From positions 1,472,001 to 1,536,000 of the forward strand of contig CAVRVY010000003.1 in the NCBI GenBank assembly GCA_963724765.1: a DNA stretch of 64,000 nucleotides, given 5' to 3'. A program made the translations under genes and the position numbers. Shown piece by piece: positions 27,822-37,257 of this stretch (positions are counted from its first letter, which is position 1; each line of letters starts with the position of its first letter). This DNA comes from an uncultured delta proteobacterium (GTDB lineage Bacteria; Desulfobacterota; Binatia; Binatales; Binataceae). The notes under the pieces were generated by a model that had not been told where the DNA came from, did not search any database, and worked only from the letters and a program-made list of their open reading frames with translations.

Positions 27822-30350
27822 TTGCGGCCAGCTATCCTTGCGCAGGGGAAATTTTTCTCCCGCGCCGGTCAGAAATTCTTTCTCAAAGCGATGCGGCTCG
27901 CGGATGTCCGGCCGGCGCTGGATCTCAGCCAGCGGCTCGTGCTCAGGTATCGTCTCCAGGGTTTGCAGGAGACCCATACCACTGCCCTGGTGCTGAGCGA
28001 GGAGCAGGCGGAATCCGTCCTCGACCTCGCCACCTACACAGGCCTCCAGGCGCTGATCGAAGTCGCCGTCAAGCCCGAGGACCTGCTCGAACCTGCCCGC
28101 GCTCGCGAAACCGCCGCCCGTATCGCCCATACCGTCAATATCTGGCGTAACCATCCCTCGCTCATAGGATATATCATCGACTGCCCGATCGCTCCCGAGC
28201 AGTTGCGGATGCTCGGGGTCGAGCGTCTGCGGCGCGCGCTTGACCGGATTATTCGCGAGATTCATTCGCGCGACGGCCGCGCGTTGGCCGCACTGAAACA
28301 TCGCCCATCCACGATTGCGCTCGCGACCGAAGCCGAGGATTTCCTCTACGCCGAAGTCGGCCGCTTCACGCCCGCGGAACTCGCACCGTTCGTGATCGCG
28401 CTGCACAATCTCGCAATGGCGCGGCCGGTGGTGATCGAATTTCCGCAGGCCATAGCGGGCCAGGGCCCCGAACAGGACGAACTGGTGGCGACGGCTTTCG
28501 GCGTCGGCACAGCCGGCGTGGTAGCGCCGCCGGTTTCCCGCGCGGCCGCCGCGGACTGGCTCGCGGTACGTCCGATGCGGCCAATGCGGGTTGAAGAGGC
28601 GAGCCCGTTCGTCTCGCTCAATGGAACCTGTCCGCCGCGGCCGTCGCGTATCCCTATGGTGTCGGTGGTAATCTGCGCCTACAACGCCGAGCGCACGATG
28701 CTGCCGTGTCTGGAGTCGCTCCGCCGGCTCAAGTACCCCAACTACGAAATCGTAATCGTCGACGACGGCTCGCGCGATCGCACCGCCGAAATCGCGATGG
28801 ATTTTCCCGAGTTCCGGCTCATCCGCCAGCCCAACAAGGGTTTGAGCGTGGCGCGCAACGTCGGGCTGTATGCGGCGCGCGGCGAGATCATCGCCTACAC
28901 CGACTCGGACTGCGTTGTCGACCCCGATTGGCTGACCCTGATGGTGCGCGCGATGCTGGACGGCGGCTTCGACGGCTGCGGCGGTCCCAACTATGCGCCG
29001 CACGAGGAAGGCCGGGTCGAGGGCTGCGTCGCCGCCGCGCCGGGCGCGCCTTGTCACGTGCTGGTCGCCGATGATCGCGCCGAGCATCTGGCCGGATGCA
29101 ACATGGTCTTCACCAAGGCCGCGCTGGTGGCGGTGGGCGGCTTCGACGCGCAATTCACTTCGGCCGGCGACGACGTCGACATCTGCTGGCGCATGCTGGA
29201 TGCAGGTTTCACGCTTGGCTACTGCCCGGCGGCCTTCGTATGGCACTTCCGCCGCAACACGGTGAAGGCCTACTACGGTCAGCAGCGCGGCTACGGCCGG
29301 GCCGAGGCGGCGCTCTATCTGAAATATCCCGAGCGCTTCAACGCGCTTGGGCAGATAAAATGGCGCGGTACGATACCGGGCCTCGCGGCGACCGTGCCTG
29401 GCGCGCTGCGCCGACGTATCGGATGGACGCGGGCGGCCGGCGCCCCGCAGACGGTGCGCGACGAGGTGCCGGGAATCCTGAGCTTCCTGCCGCAGACGCT
29501 GGAATGGAACCTGGTGTTCGCGGCCGCGACGGTCTTCACCTGGTGCGCGGGATTTACAGTGCTGCCGGCGCTGGCGATGCTCGCGCTGGGACCGGTATGG
29601 GCGCTGCATCACGCATGCCAGGCGCCGCTGGAGAAATGTCACGACTCGCTCGGTTCGCGGCTGTTCGTCGCGTTCCTTGCCTGGAGTGGACCGATGGTGC
29701 GAACGTGGACCCGATGGAAGATGCGGATGCGCACGGTTAGCCTCGGCAGCGAAGTCCAGCCGCGCCAGCGTCCCGCGCTGCGATGGCTTGGCCGCACCCT
29801 GCATCTTTCCTACTGGAACGAGGCGTGGACCACGCGCGAGAGCCTGCTCGAGCGGCTGGCGCGGCGCTTCTCGCGCGCCGGCCTCGCCGTGACGCATGAT
29901 CCCGGATGGAACGACTTTGACCTTGAGGTTCGCCCCGACCCCTGGACGCGGCTGCATTTCAAGACCGCCGACGAGGAGCACGAAGGCGCGCGGCTGAAAA
30001 ATCATGTCGCCGTGCGCGTCAGGCTCAGCCGGCTGACCCGGATTGGCCTCGCGATCGCGGCAGGCGTGACCCTGCTATGCGCGGCGATGGGCCTCTCGGT
30101 GATGGCCGCGGTGCTGGCCGCGCTCACCATGGCGAGCGCGATGTGTGCGGTGAGCCAGGCGGTCGAATCAGGGCGGTTCGCCTATCAAGCCGTCGAGCAG
30201 TGTGCGCAGGAACTCAACCTGATTCCGCTCGGCAAGCCGACCACGGCGGCGCGGCGCGCGGCGGCCGCGGCGCAGCCCAGTGCGGCGGCGGCCGAGCCAA
30301 TCGCGTCGGCGGCCAAGTTGTTCGCCGACAACCGGACCGCGGCGGAGTAA
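27822..30350 (+). CDS. Family 2 glycosyltransferase with N-terminal glycosidase-like domain and C-terminal TM region (start could be 27771, 27804 or 27822)
   Basis: VSVVICAYN, VDDGS, YTDSD, GDDVDICWR, QQRGYG. Confidence 0.85.
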   Translation: MRPAILAQGKFFSRAGQKFFLKAMRLADVRPALDLSQRLVLRYRLQGLQETHTTALVLSEEQAESVLDLATYTGLQALIEVAVKPEDLLEPARARETAARIAHTVNIWRNHPSLIGYIIDCPIAPEQLRMLGVERLRRALDRIIREIHSRDGRALAALKHRPSTIALATEAEDFLYAEVGRFTPAELAPFVIALHNLAMARPVVIEFPQAIAGQGPEQDELVATAFGVGTAGVVAPPVSRAAAADWLAVRPMRPMRVEEASPFVSLNGTCPPRPSRIPMVSVVICAYNAERTMLPCLESLRRLKYPNYEIVIVDDGSRDRTAEIAMDFPEFRLIRQPNKGLSVARNVGLYAARGEIIAYTDSDCVVDPDWLTLMVRAMLDGGFDGCGGPNYAPHEEGRVEGCVAAAPGAPCHVLVADDRAEHLAGCNMVFTKAALVAVGGFDAQFTSAGDDVDICWRMLDAGFTLGYCPAAFVWHFRRNTVKAYYGQQRGYGRAEAALYLKYPERFNALGQIKWRGTIPGLAATVPGALRRRIGWTRAAGAPQTVRDEVPGILSFLPQTLEWNLVFAAATVFTWCAGFTVLPALAMLALGPVWALHHACQAPLEKCHDSLGSRLFVAFLAWSGPMVRTWTRWKMRMRTVSLGSEVQPRQRPALRWLGRTLHLSYWNEAWTTRESLLERLARRFSRAGLAVTHDPGWNDFDLEVRPDPWTRLHFKTADEEHEGARLKNHVAVRVRLSRLTRIGLAIAAGVTLLCAAMGLSVMAAVLAALTMASAMCAVSQAVESGRFAYQAVEQCAQELNLIPLGKPTTAARRAAAAAQPSAAAAEPIASAAKLFADNRTAAE

Positions 30351-30434
30351 GCGGAGAAAAAGACTCCCGTCCGGCGAGCGGCCATGCAGGTATCAGTGTG
30401 GCCGGACTTGTGGTGGAAGCGGGGAGTGTGGATA

Positions 30435-30478
30435 GCGGGGTGGGCGGTGCGATGCGCCGTCCGCCCCGCGGTTTTTAT
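30435..30478 (+). terminator. Rho-independent terminator after the GT2 gene
   Basis: 16-bp GC-rich stem with G-U pairs, 3-nt loop, then GGTTTTTAT. Confidence 0.7.
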
Positions 30479-30575
30479 CTTCGGCCGTTCCCATCCACTA
30501 CGGCTTCTTATATACCCCGAGAAGCGTTAGCGGAGCGCCGTGAGAGCATCCGGCGCCGGCGCGGCCGGAAGCTTT

Positions 30576-31883
30576 ATGGCACATGACTTCTTCTCCGGGT
30601 TCATCGAACGCGCGCGGGCCGGTGACTCGCGATTAGGCCGCGCGCTCAAGTCGCGCACGGCCGGCGTGCTCGAGCGCTGCGCCGACGGCTTCCAGCGCGA
30701 CAACGATCTGCTCTGGGCCTCGGCACTCACCTATACGACGGGGCTGTCGATCGTGCCGATCCTTGCCGTGGCGCTCTCGGCGCTCAACGGGCTGGGCGGC
30801 GCCCAGGTGATCCGCCCGCTGCTCGAGCGCTACCTTACCGCCAACTCGCCCGATATTACCGACCGCCTGATGTCCTTCGTCTCCAACGTCAACGCCAAGA
30901 CCCTGGGCGCGGTCGGCGCGGCCGCGCTGCTCTTTACCGTGGTCCTCACCCTGAGCACGGTCGAGCAGGCGCTGAACAACATTTTCCGCGTCGTGTATGG
31001 GCGCACGATGGCGCGCAAGTTCGCCGACTACCTGAGCGTGACCTTCGCGGTGCCGGTGCTGCTGGCCGGCGCGCTCGGCGTGCGCCAAATCCTGCTGGAG
31101 CACCTGCCGAACGTCCCCGGCGCCGGATGGATCAGCTCGAGCCTCGCCATCTGGGCCGGCTTCTTTTTTCTTTACGTTTTTTTCCCCAACCGCCGGGTGC
31201 GCTTCGAAGCCGCCGCGGTAGGCTCGCTGGTGGCGTCGATCCTGCTCCAGATCGCGCAGTGGGCTTTCATCTATTTTCAGTATGGCGTTAACCGCTACGC
31301 CGCGATCTACGGCGCGCTCGCCTCAATCCCGGTGTTGCTCACCTGGATCTATATGACCTGGGTGATCGTGCTGCTCGGCGCCGAGATGACCGCGGCCTTC
31401 GAACTCCGTAACCAGCCGCTGGTCGCGGACCCGTGGGCGATGAGCGAGCGCGCCGTAGCGCTGGCCGTCGCGCTGCGGCTGGGCGAACGGATGGCGGGAC
31501 GGCACGGCGTGGTCACGCCCGCCACGCTATCCTCGGAACTCGGAATCGACGAGGCCGTCCTGGTCGAGGTCTTGCGGCGCCTGGAGGGCGGCGGAATCGT
31601 GATCGAAACGGCGGGCGGCGATGGTGGCGAGCGCGGATTGTTCCTCGCCCGCGATTCCTCGATGATCGGCCTTGGGGAAGTGCTTGAATGTGTCAGGGGC
31701 CGCGGCCCGGCCGTGGTCTCCTCGGATGCGCGGGTGGCCACGATGGTCGAGCGGTTGCGTCAGGCCGAGCGCGATACGCTCGGTGGATTCACGGTGCGCG
31801 ATTTGATCGAGCGCACGGCGAGCGCGGCCGCGCCGGCCCAGGCACCGGCGCGCGATGGCGAGCGCGCGGCCGAGCAGACCTGA
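30576..31883 (+). CDS. YihY/BrkB-family membrane protein with C-terminal winged-helix domain
   Basis: ASALTYTT, IYGALASIPVLLTWIY, LLGAE; C-terminal LRRLEGGGIV...LARD. Confidence 0.88.
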   Translation: MAHDFFSGFIERARAGDSRLGRALKSRTAGVLERCADGFQRDNDLLWASALTYTTGLSIVPILAVALSALNGLGGAQVIRPLLERYLTANSPDITDRLMSFVSNVNAKTLGAVGAAALLFTVVLTLSTVEQALNNIFRVVYGRTMARKFADYLSVTFAVPVLLAGALGVRQILLEHLPNVPGAGWISSSLAIWAGFFFLYVFFPNRRVRFEAAAVGSLVASILLQIAQWAFIYFQYGVNRYAAIYGALASIPVLLTWIYMTWVIVLLGAEMTAAFELRNQPLVADPWAMSERAVALAVALRLGERMAGRHGVVTPATLSSELGIDEAVLVEVLRRLEGGGIVIETAGGDGGERGLFLARDSSMIGLGEVLECVRGRGPAVVSSDARVATMVERLRQAERDTLGGFTVRDLIERTASAAAPAQAPARDGERAAEQT

Positions 31884-31914
31884 ACCGCACTGCCTCGTAC
31901 CCTGGCTGGAATTC

Positions 31915-32394
31915 CTAATCCTCGAGCAGCTTGTGCAGCGATTCGAGCTCGCGCCGAACCTCTGACAGCGCGCGTCGTGCGCGGTCGTCGCCGGCGCCGC
32001 TCACGCCTGGCGCGCCCGCTGCGGTCGGCGTATCGGGACGGGGCGCCGCGGCGCCGGGCTTGGCGCTAAGCGCGTGTTCGAGTCCGACTTCGCGGATGTA
32101 TTTTTTCGCGCCCTCGATGGTGAAGCGCTCCTGGTGAAGGAGGCGCTTGATTAGCCGCAGCGCCTGCAGATCCTGCGCGGCGTAAGAGCGATGCTTGGAG
32201 TGAGCGTGGCGCGGACGCAGGAACGGAAACTGGGTCTCCCAGAAACGCAGCACATAGGCTTCGACGCCGAGCAGCTTGGCCGCCTCACCGATCTTGAGCA
32301 GTTGCTCGCTGCCGCCGCCGGCCTCGGCCCCGCCGCCTTGCGAGCGTGGGTTCTTGCGCGGCGAGGGGCGCGCTGTGCGCGCGGCGGAAGTCAT
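31915..32394 (-). CDS. MerR-family regulator typically found after ihfA
   Basis: KIGEAAKLLGVEAYVLRFWETQFP, FTIEGAKK. Confidence 0.9.
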   Translation of the reverse strand: MTSAARTARPSPRKNPRSQGGGAEAGGGSEQLLKIGEAAKLLGVEAYVLRFWETQFPFLRPRHAHSKHRSYAAQDLQALRLIKRLLHQERFTIEGAKKYIREVGLEHALSAKPGAAAPRPDTPTAAGAPGVSGAGDDRARRALSEVRRELESLHKLLED

Positions 32395-32478
32395 GCTGCG
32401 AAACTCATGCGGCGAAGGTTATGCGGCGGAGCTCATACGACGAAAGTTATGCGGCGCAAGTTATGCTGCAAGTTATGC
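32391..32478. repeat. Degenerate tandem array, 7 units, mostly 14-bp period
   Basis: T(C/T)AT(G/A)C cores at 32391, 32405, 32419, 32433, 32447, 32461 and 32473. Confidence 0.85.
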
Positions 32479-32766
32479 CGATCGTTTGGCGCCGTTGGCT
32501 ACCAGTCCCTTTAGCACCTGGCTGGGTTTAAAGGATAGCACGCGGCGCGAGTCGATGGTGATAGTGATTCCGGTTTGCGGATTGCGTCCCCGGCGGGCGC
32601 GTTTATGGTTGACCGTGAAGCTGCCGAAGCCGGAGATCTTGACCTTCTCGCCCCGCTGCAGACTGTCTTCGATTATTTTGAAGACCGCCTCTACGATCTC
32701 GCAGGCCTCCTTTTTGGATGAGCCTATGCGCTCGTAGATTAGATCCACGAGATCGGCCTTGGTCAT
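32473..32766 (-). CDS. ihfA: Integration host factor alpha
   Basis: MTKADLV, VKISGFGSF, RRGRNPQTG; follows pheT. Confidence 0.93.
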   Translation of the reverse strand: MTKADLVDLIYERIGSSKKEACEIVEAVFKIIEDSLQRGEKVKISGFGSFTVNHKRARRGRNPQTGITITIDSRRVLSFKPSQVLKGLVANGAKRSA

Positions 32767-32813
32767 ATTCTGCGGAGTATCGTCCCCCAAACCGCTTCCC
32801 CGGAGCGGGATTT

Positions 32814-35306
32814 CTACTGCCGCAACTCTGCACCCAGCCGCTTCCGCACCCCTTCGATCAATTCCCCGTGGGTGCGGTTCACCTCCTCATCCGTGAGTGT
32901 GCGATCTTTCCCGCGGTAACGGCACGCCAGCGCCATGCTTTTTTTGCCCGGCGCTATCGATCCTCCCTCGTACACGTCGAACACTTCCACACTTTCAAGC
33001 AACGGCGACGCGCTTTCGCGGATCGCCGCGATTACCCGGGCCGCCGAAATGTCACGATCCACCACCAGAGCGAGGTCGCGCCGGATAGCAGGGTATCTCG
33101 GTGGAGCAGTGATCGCTTGGCGCGGCAGGAAACCATAAGCGATGAGATGTACCAAGTCAAGTTCAGTAAGCACGCAAGGGCTACTCAACTCGACTCTTAT
33201 CGCTTCCGCTGGATGCAGTTCGCCGAGGTATCCAATCGGTTTTCCGTCGAGCAGCACCCGCGCCGCGCGCCCCGGATGCAGAAAGCGATACTCCGTTTCA
33301 CCGGCTGCGTCGAACCCTACGAACTCGACTTGCGCCGCCACGCCCAGCGCGATGAACCATTGCTCGAGCACTCCCTTGAGCGTGAAGAAGCTCGCCGCCA
33401 CCGCCGGCTGTCCCACCGCGCCCAGCGCGTAATCGCCATAGCTTATCGCGGCGAGCCGCTCATGCTCGACCGGCGCGCCGTCATGCATCGAGAAGACCTT
33501 GCCGATCTCGAAGGCGTGCAACGCGGCCGCCTCGCGATTGAGATTGAAGCGCAGTGCGCCGAGCAGTCCAGGCGCCAGGCTCAGGCGCAATTCGCTCAGT
33601 TCCGCCGACAGCGGATTGGTGACCCGCACCGGCTCACCGCGCATGCCCGGGTAGCGCTGATTATCGGCCGGCGCGATAAACGCGATCGTCCTGAGCTCGG
33701 TCAGGCCCGCACCGACCATCACTTCGCGTGCCGCGCCGATGAAGCTCCGATAATCGTTGGGCGCCGCGGGTGTAGCGGCGCGCTCAGGCACCGTGGCCGG
33801 AATTTCGGCCAGCCCCTTGAGCCGCGCGATCTCCTCGGCGAGGTCCGCGGCTTCGTTGAGATCGGGACGAAACGAAGGCGGCGTCACTATCAGGCGCTGC
33901 GCGCCGGCCGATTTGACCGCCGCGCCCAGCGCGCGCAGCCGTTCGCGGACGTCGGCGCCCGGAACCGTAACGCCCAGAATCGAATTCACCGCGCCCAGAT
34001 CCAGCATCACCTGGCGCTCGGAGGCCGGCCGCGGCTCGGCATCAACCGCCGCCGCCGAGATCTTGCCGCTGGCGCTCTTGACTATCAGCTCGGCGACGCG
34101 CGCCAGCGCCCGTAGCTGGCCGCCGCGATCGATCGCGCGCTCGAAACGGTAGCTCGCCTCGCTGCGAAGCCCGAGCCGGCGCGCCGTGCGCGCGATCGTC
34201 ATTGGCTCGAAATAGGCGCTCTCGAGCACCAGGCCGGTGGTGGCGGCGCTGACCTCCGAGTTCAGCCCGCCCATGATGCCGGCGATCGCCAGGGGCTTCT
34301 CCGGGTCCGCAATCAGCAGGTCGGCCGGCTCGAGCGTGCGCCGCACGTTATCGAGCGTGACGAACTCGCGGTCCAATGCGCCGCCCGGCGCCTGGTCGGC
34401 GCGCCGCACCACTATCCGGCGCGCGGCGATTTGCGCGCTATCGAAGGCGTGCAGCGGCTGTCCCAACTCCAGCATCACGTAATTGGTCGCGTCGACCACG
34501 TTGTTCAGCGCGCGCATCCCGCACGATTCCAGCCGCCGGCGCATCCAGAGCGGCGACGGGCCAATCTTGAGTCCGTCAATCGGGAGCCCCGCGTAGTGCG
34601 GGCACAGTTCAGGCGCGAGTATTTCAACACCGAGCGCGTTGCCGACGGACTCCGCTTGCCCGCCGCGCGGCTTGAGCATCGCGGACTTGACGGCGGGCTG
34701 CTTGAGTTTCAATCCGAACAGCGCTGCCACCTCGCGCGCGAGGCCCAGGATCGACAAACAATCGCCGCGGTTCGGCGTGATCGCGATATCAAGCACCGTG
34801 TCGTCGGAACGCAAATACGCGGCCAGCTCGACTCCGATCGGCGCGTCGTCCGGCAGCGCCACGATACCCGCGTGATCCTCGGAAAAACCAAGCTCGCGCT
34901 CCGAGCACAGCATCCCCTCCGAGCGCACGCCGCGGATAACTGCTGCCTGAAGAGGCGGCGCCTCCTGCAGGCTGTCGGGGCGATGGCCGCCACCGTGTCC
35001 GCTGCCGATCAGTCGCGCACCCAGCCGCGCGAGGGGCGCGATCATCCCGACCCGCACGTTGGGAGCGCCGCAGACCACGCTGAAGCGGCCGATTGCGCCG
35101 GCGTCGACGTCGCACAGGTTGAGGCGGTCGGCATTGGGATGGCGCTCGACCTTGAGCACGCGAGCCACGAAGACATCACTGAACCCGGGAGCGCTGCGCT
35201 CGACGTTCTCGACCTCCAGCCCGGCCAGCGTCAGGCGGCGGCACAACTCGTCGACATCGGCTCCGAGCGCGACGAACTCGGCGAGCCAACTAAGCGGCAG
35301 CTTCAT
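32814..35306 (-). CDS. pheT: Phenylalanine-tRNA ligase beta subunit
   Basis: MKLPLSWL, HPNADRL, ITPNRGDCLS, RRDLA, DRTLTDEEV. Confidence 0.96.
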   Translation of the reverse strand: MKLPLSWLAEFVALGADVDELCRRLTLAGLEVENVERSAPGFSDVFVARVLKVERHPNADRLNLCDVDAGAIGRFSVVCGAPNVRVGMIAPLARLGARLIGSGHGGGHRPDSLQEAPPLQAAVIRGVRSEGMLCSERELGFSEDHAGIVALPDDAPIGVELAAYLRSDDTVLDIAITPNRGDCLSILGLAREVAALFGLKLKQPAVKSAMLKPRGGQAESVGNALGVEILAPELCPHYAGLPIDGLKIGPSPLWMRRRLESCGMRALNNVVDATNYVMLELGQPLHAFDSAQIAARRIVVRRADQAPGGALDREFVTLDNVRRTLEPADLLIADPEKPLAIAGIMGGLNSEVSAATTGLVLESAYFEPMTIARTARRLGLRSEASYRFERAIDRGGQLRALARVAELIVKSASGKISAAAVDAEPRPASERQVMLDLGAVNSILGVTVPGADVRERLRALGAAVKSAGAQRLIVTPPSFRPDLNEAADLAEEIARLKGLAEIPATVPERAATPAAPNDYRSFIGAAREVMVGAGLTELRTIAFIAPADNQRYPGMRGEPVRVTNPLSAELSELRLSLAPGLLGALRFNLNREAAALHAFEIGKVFSMHDGAPVEHERLAAISYGDYALGAVGQPAVAASFFTLKGVLEQWFIALGVAAQVEFVGFDAAGETEYRFLHPGRAARVLLDGKPIGYLGELHPAEAIRVELSSPCVLTELDLVHLIAYGFLPRQAITAPPRYPAIRRDLALVVDRDISAARVIAAIRESASPLLESVEVFDVYEGGSIAPGKKSMALACRYRGKDRTLTDEEVNRTHGELIEGVRKRLGAELRQ

Positions 35307-36397
35307 GACGATGATCTCGTGGAATTGCTCGTGGAGGGAGTGTTCGCGGCAGAAGATCTCGCGACAAACGACGGGAACTGCCCAAGGAAGCGCAGATCGT
35401 TCTCGAAGAATAGCCGCATGTCGTCGACCCCGAGCTTGAGCAGCGCCTGCCGCTCCACGCCCATCCCGAACGCGAAACCCTGGTACTCTGCCGGATCGTA
35501 ACCGACCTTGCGCAGCACGTTGGGATGGATCATCCCGGAGCCCAGAATTTCGGTCCATCCGCTCTGCTTGCACACGCGGCATCCCGCGCCTGCGCAGAGC
35601 AGGCAGCTAATATCGAGTTCGGCGCTGGGCTCGGTGAATGGAAAAAAGCTCGCACGGAAGCGCACCGCGGTTTGCGGCCCATAGAAGGCGCGCGCGAATT
35701 CACTTAGCACGCCCTTCAGATGCGCCATCGTGACCCGCCCGGCGCGGTCGACCATGAAACCCTCGATCTGGCCGAACATCGGAGAGGCACGCACGCTAAG
35801 CTCGTCGCGCCGGTAGCAGTTGCCGGGGCAGACCACCGCCAGCGGCGGCTTGCGGCGCTGCATCACGCGAATCTGGCCGTTGGAGGTATGCGTGCGCAGC
35901 AGCATCCCGCCGGGCAGGAAAAACGTGTCCTGCATCTCGCGCGCCGGATGGTCGGGCGGAAAGTTGAGCGCCTCGAAGTTGTGGAAATCGTCCTCGACGT
36001 CCTGGGTCGCGGCGACCTCGAAGCCCATCGAGGCGAAGATGTCGAGCATCTGCTCCATCACCAGGGTCAGCGGATGGAGCCGGCCGCGTGGGATGCGCGC
36101 GCCGGGAAGGGTCACGTCCAGGCGCGCCTCGCCGAGCGAGCGCTCCAAGGCGGCGGCGCGCAGCCGCTCCTGGAGCGCCTCGATACGGGTTTCGATCTCG
36201 CGCTTTATCTGGTTGACGAGCTGGCCGATGGCGGGACGTTCTTCGGCCGCGACCTCGCGCATGCGGCGCATCACGTCGGTCAGTTCGCCGCCGCGCCCGA
36301 GCACGCGCACGCGTACCGCTTCGATTTGCTCGGCGCTGGCGCCGTCGCCCAGCTCCGCCATCGCCGCGGCCCGAAGGGCCTCCAGCTGTTCTCTCAT
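35303..36397 (-). CDS. pheS: Phenylalanine-tRNA ligase alpha subunit
   Basis: HPAREMQDTF, LRTHTS, FPFTEPS, FAFGMGVER. Confidence 0.97.
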   Translation of the reverse strand: MREQLEALRAAAMAELGDGASAEQIEAVRVRVLGRGGELTDVMRRMREVAAEERPAIGQLVNQIKREIETRIEALQERLRAAALERSLGEARLDVTLPGARIPRGRLHPLTLVMEQMLDIFASMGFEVAATQDVEDDFHNFEALNFPPDHPAREMQDTFFLPGGMLLRTHTSNGQIRVMQRRKPPLAVVCPGNCYRRDELSVRASPMFGQIEGFMVDRAGRVTMAHLKGVLSEFARAFYGPQTAVRFRASFFPFTEPSAELDISCLLCAGAGCRVCKQSGWTEILGSGMIHPNVLRKVGYDPAEYQGFAFGMGVERQALLKLGVDDMRLFFENDLRFLGQFPSFVARSSAANTPSTSNSTRSSS

Positions 36398-36480
36398 CCC
36401 GACCTCAAGAAGTCTGTATGCGCGTCATCGAGTCCGCGTGCGCGCACGCCGCAAGGGCGCGCCAAAACACAAAAGACATC

Positions 36481-36517
36481 AAATGAAAGACCATGTGGAC
36501 GCGCGCGCCACATGGTC
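36481..36517 (-). terminator. Terminator hairpin after rplT
   Basis: GACCATGTGG/CCACATGGTC perfect 10-bp stem followed by TTTCATTT on the minus strand. Confidence 0.75.
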
Positions 36518-36553
36518 CTGTGAGCCGCGATGAGTCGCGCAGGGCGGCTCGCC

Positions 36554-36931
36554 CTAAGCGGCTGCGGCTTCGGCGGCTGCGTCGAGCGCTTTTTTGGCCG
36601 TGTCGGCCAATTCGGCGAAGAGCCGGTCGCGCTCCAGCGCGAGCACGGCGAGCTGCTTGCGGTCGATTTCGACGCCGGCCTTCTTGAGCCCGTCCATCAT
36701 GCGGCTGTAACTCAGCCCATACTCGCGGGCCAGAGCGTTGATCCGTGTGATCCAGAGCGAGCGGAAGTCACGCTTCTTTTGCTTGCGATCGCGATAGGCG
36801 TAAGTCAGCCCCTTCTCCAGCGTGTTGCGGGCCTGGCGATAGAGCTTGCGGCCGCCGACGAAGCCGGAGGCGAGCTTGAGCTGTCGTTTATGGCGGCGGC
36901 GTGTTTTGGGGCCACCTTTGGCGCGAGGCAT
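36554..36931 (-). CDS. rplT: 50S ribosomal protein L20
   Basis: [30 protein letters not shown]. Confidence 0.97.
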   Translation of the reverse strand: MPRAKGGPKTRRRHKRQLKLASGFVGGRKLYRQARNTLEKGLTYAYRDRKQKKRDFRSLWITRINALAREYGLSYSRMMDGLKKAGVEIDRKQLAVLALERDRLFAELADTAKKALDAAAEAAAA

Positions 36932-36999
36932 CGGCGATCAGTCCTTCCTTAATTTTGCCTTAATCTTGATTTAAGCGCTTTCGGGCTTTCGGCGCGTCG

Positions 37000-37197
37000 C
37001 TACAGGTATGGGACCAATTTGCGCGTATTGCGGGCGTCGGCGGCATTGAGGATGCCGGGATGACGCAGTTGCCGTTTGCGCGCGCGGCCCTTGGACGAGA
37101 GCAGATGGCGCAGGTAAGCCTTCTTATGTTTGACCTTGCCGGTCTTGCTCACGGAGAAGCGCTTGGCGGCGCTGCGATTGGTCTTCAGTTTGCCCAT
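37000..37197 (-). CDS. rpmI: 50S ribosomal protein L35
   Basis: KLKTNRSAAKRF; synteny. Confidence 0.96.
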   Translation of the reverse strand: MGKLKTNRSAAKRFSVSKTGKVKHKKAYLRHLLSSKGRARKRQLRHPGILNAADARNTRKLVPYL

Positions 37198-37257
37198 CGG
37201 TTACGGCCCTTGCTCCAGGTCACTTAGTGCGATCGCCAGTTGGGCGAATCATTGCGC

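Noticed and set aside
32391-32478. CRISPR array
   Set aside because: Units are 14 bp, have no spacers, and no cas genes are present; the AddB Fe-S nuclease is not a stand-alone Cas4
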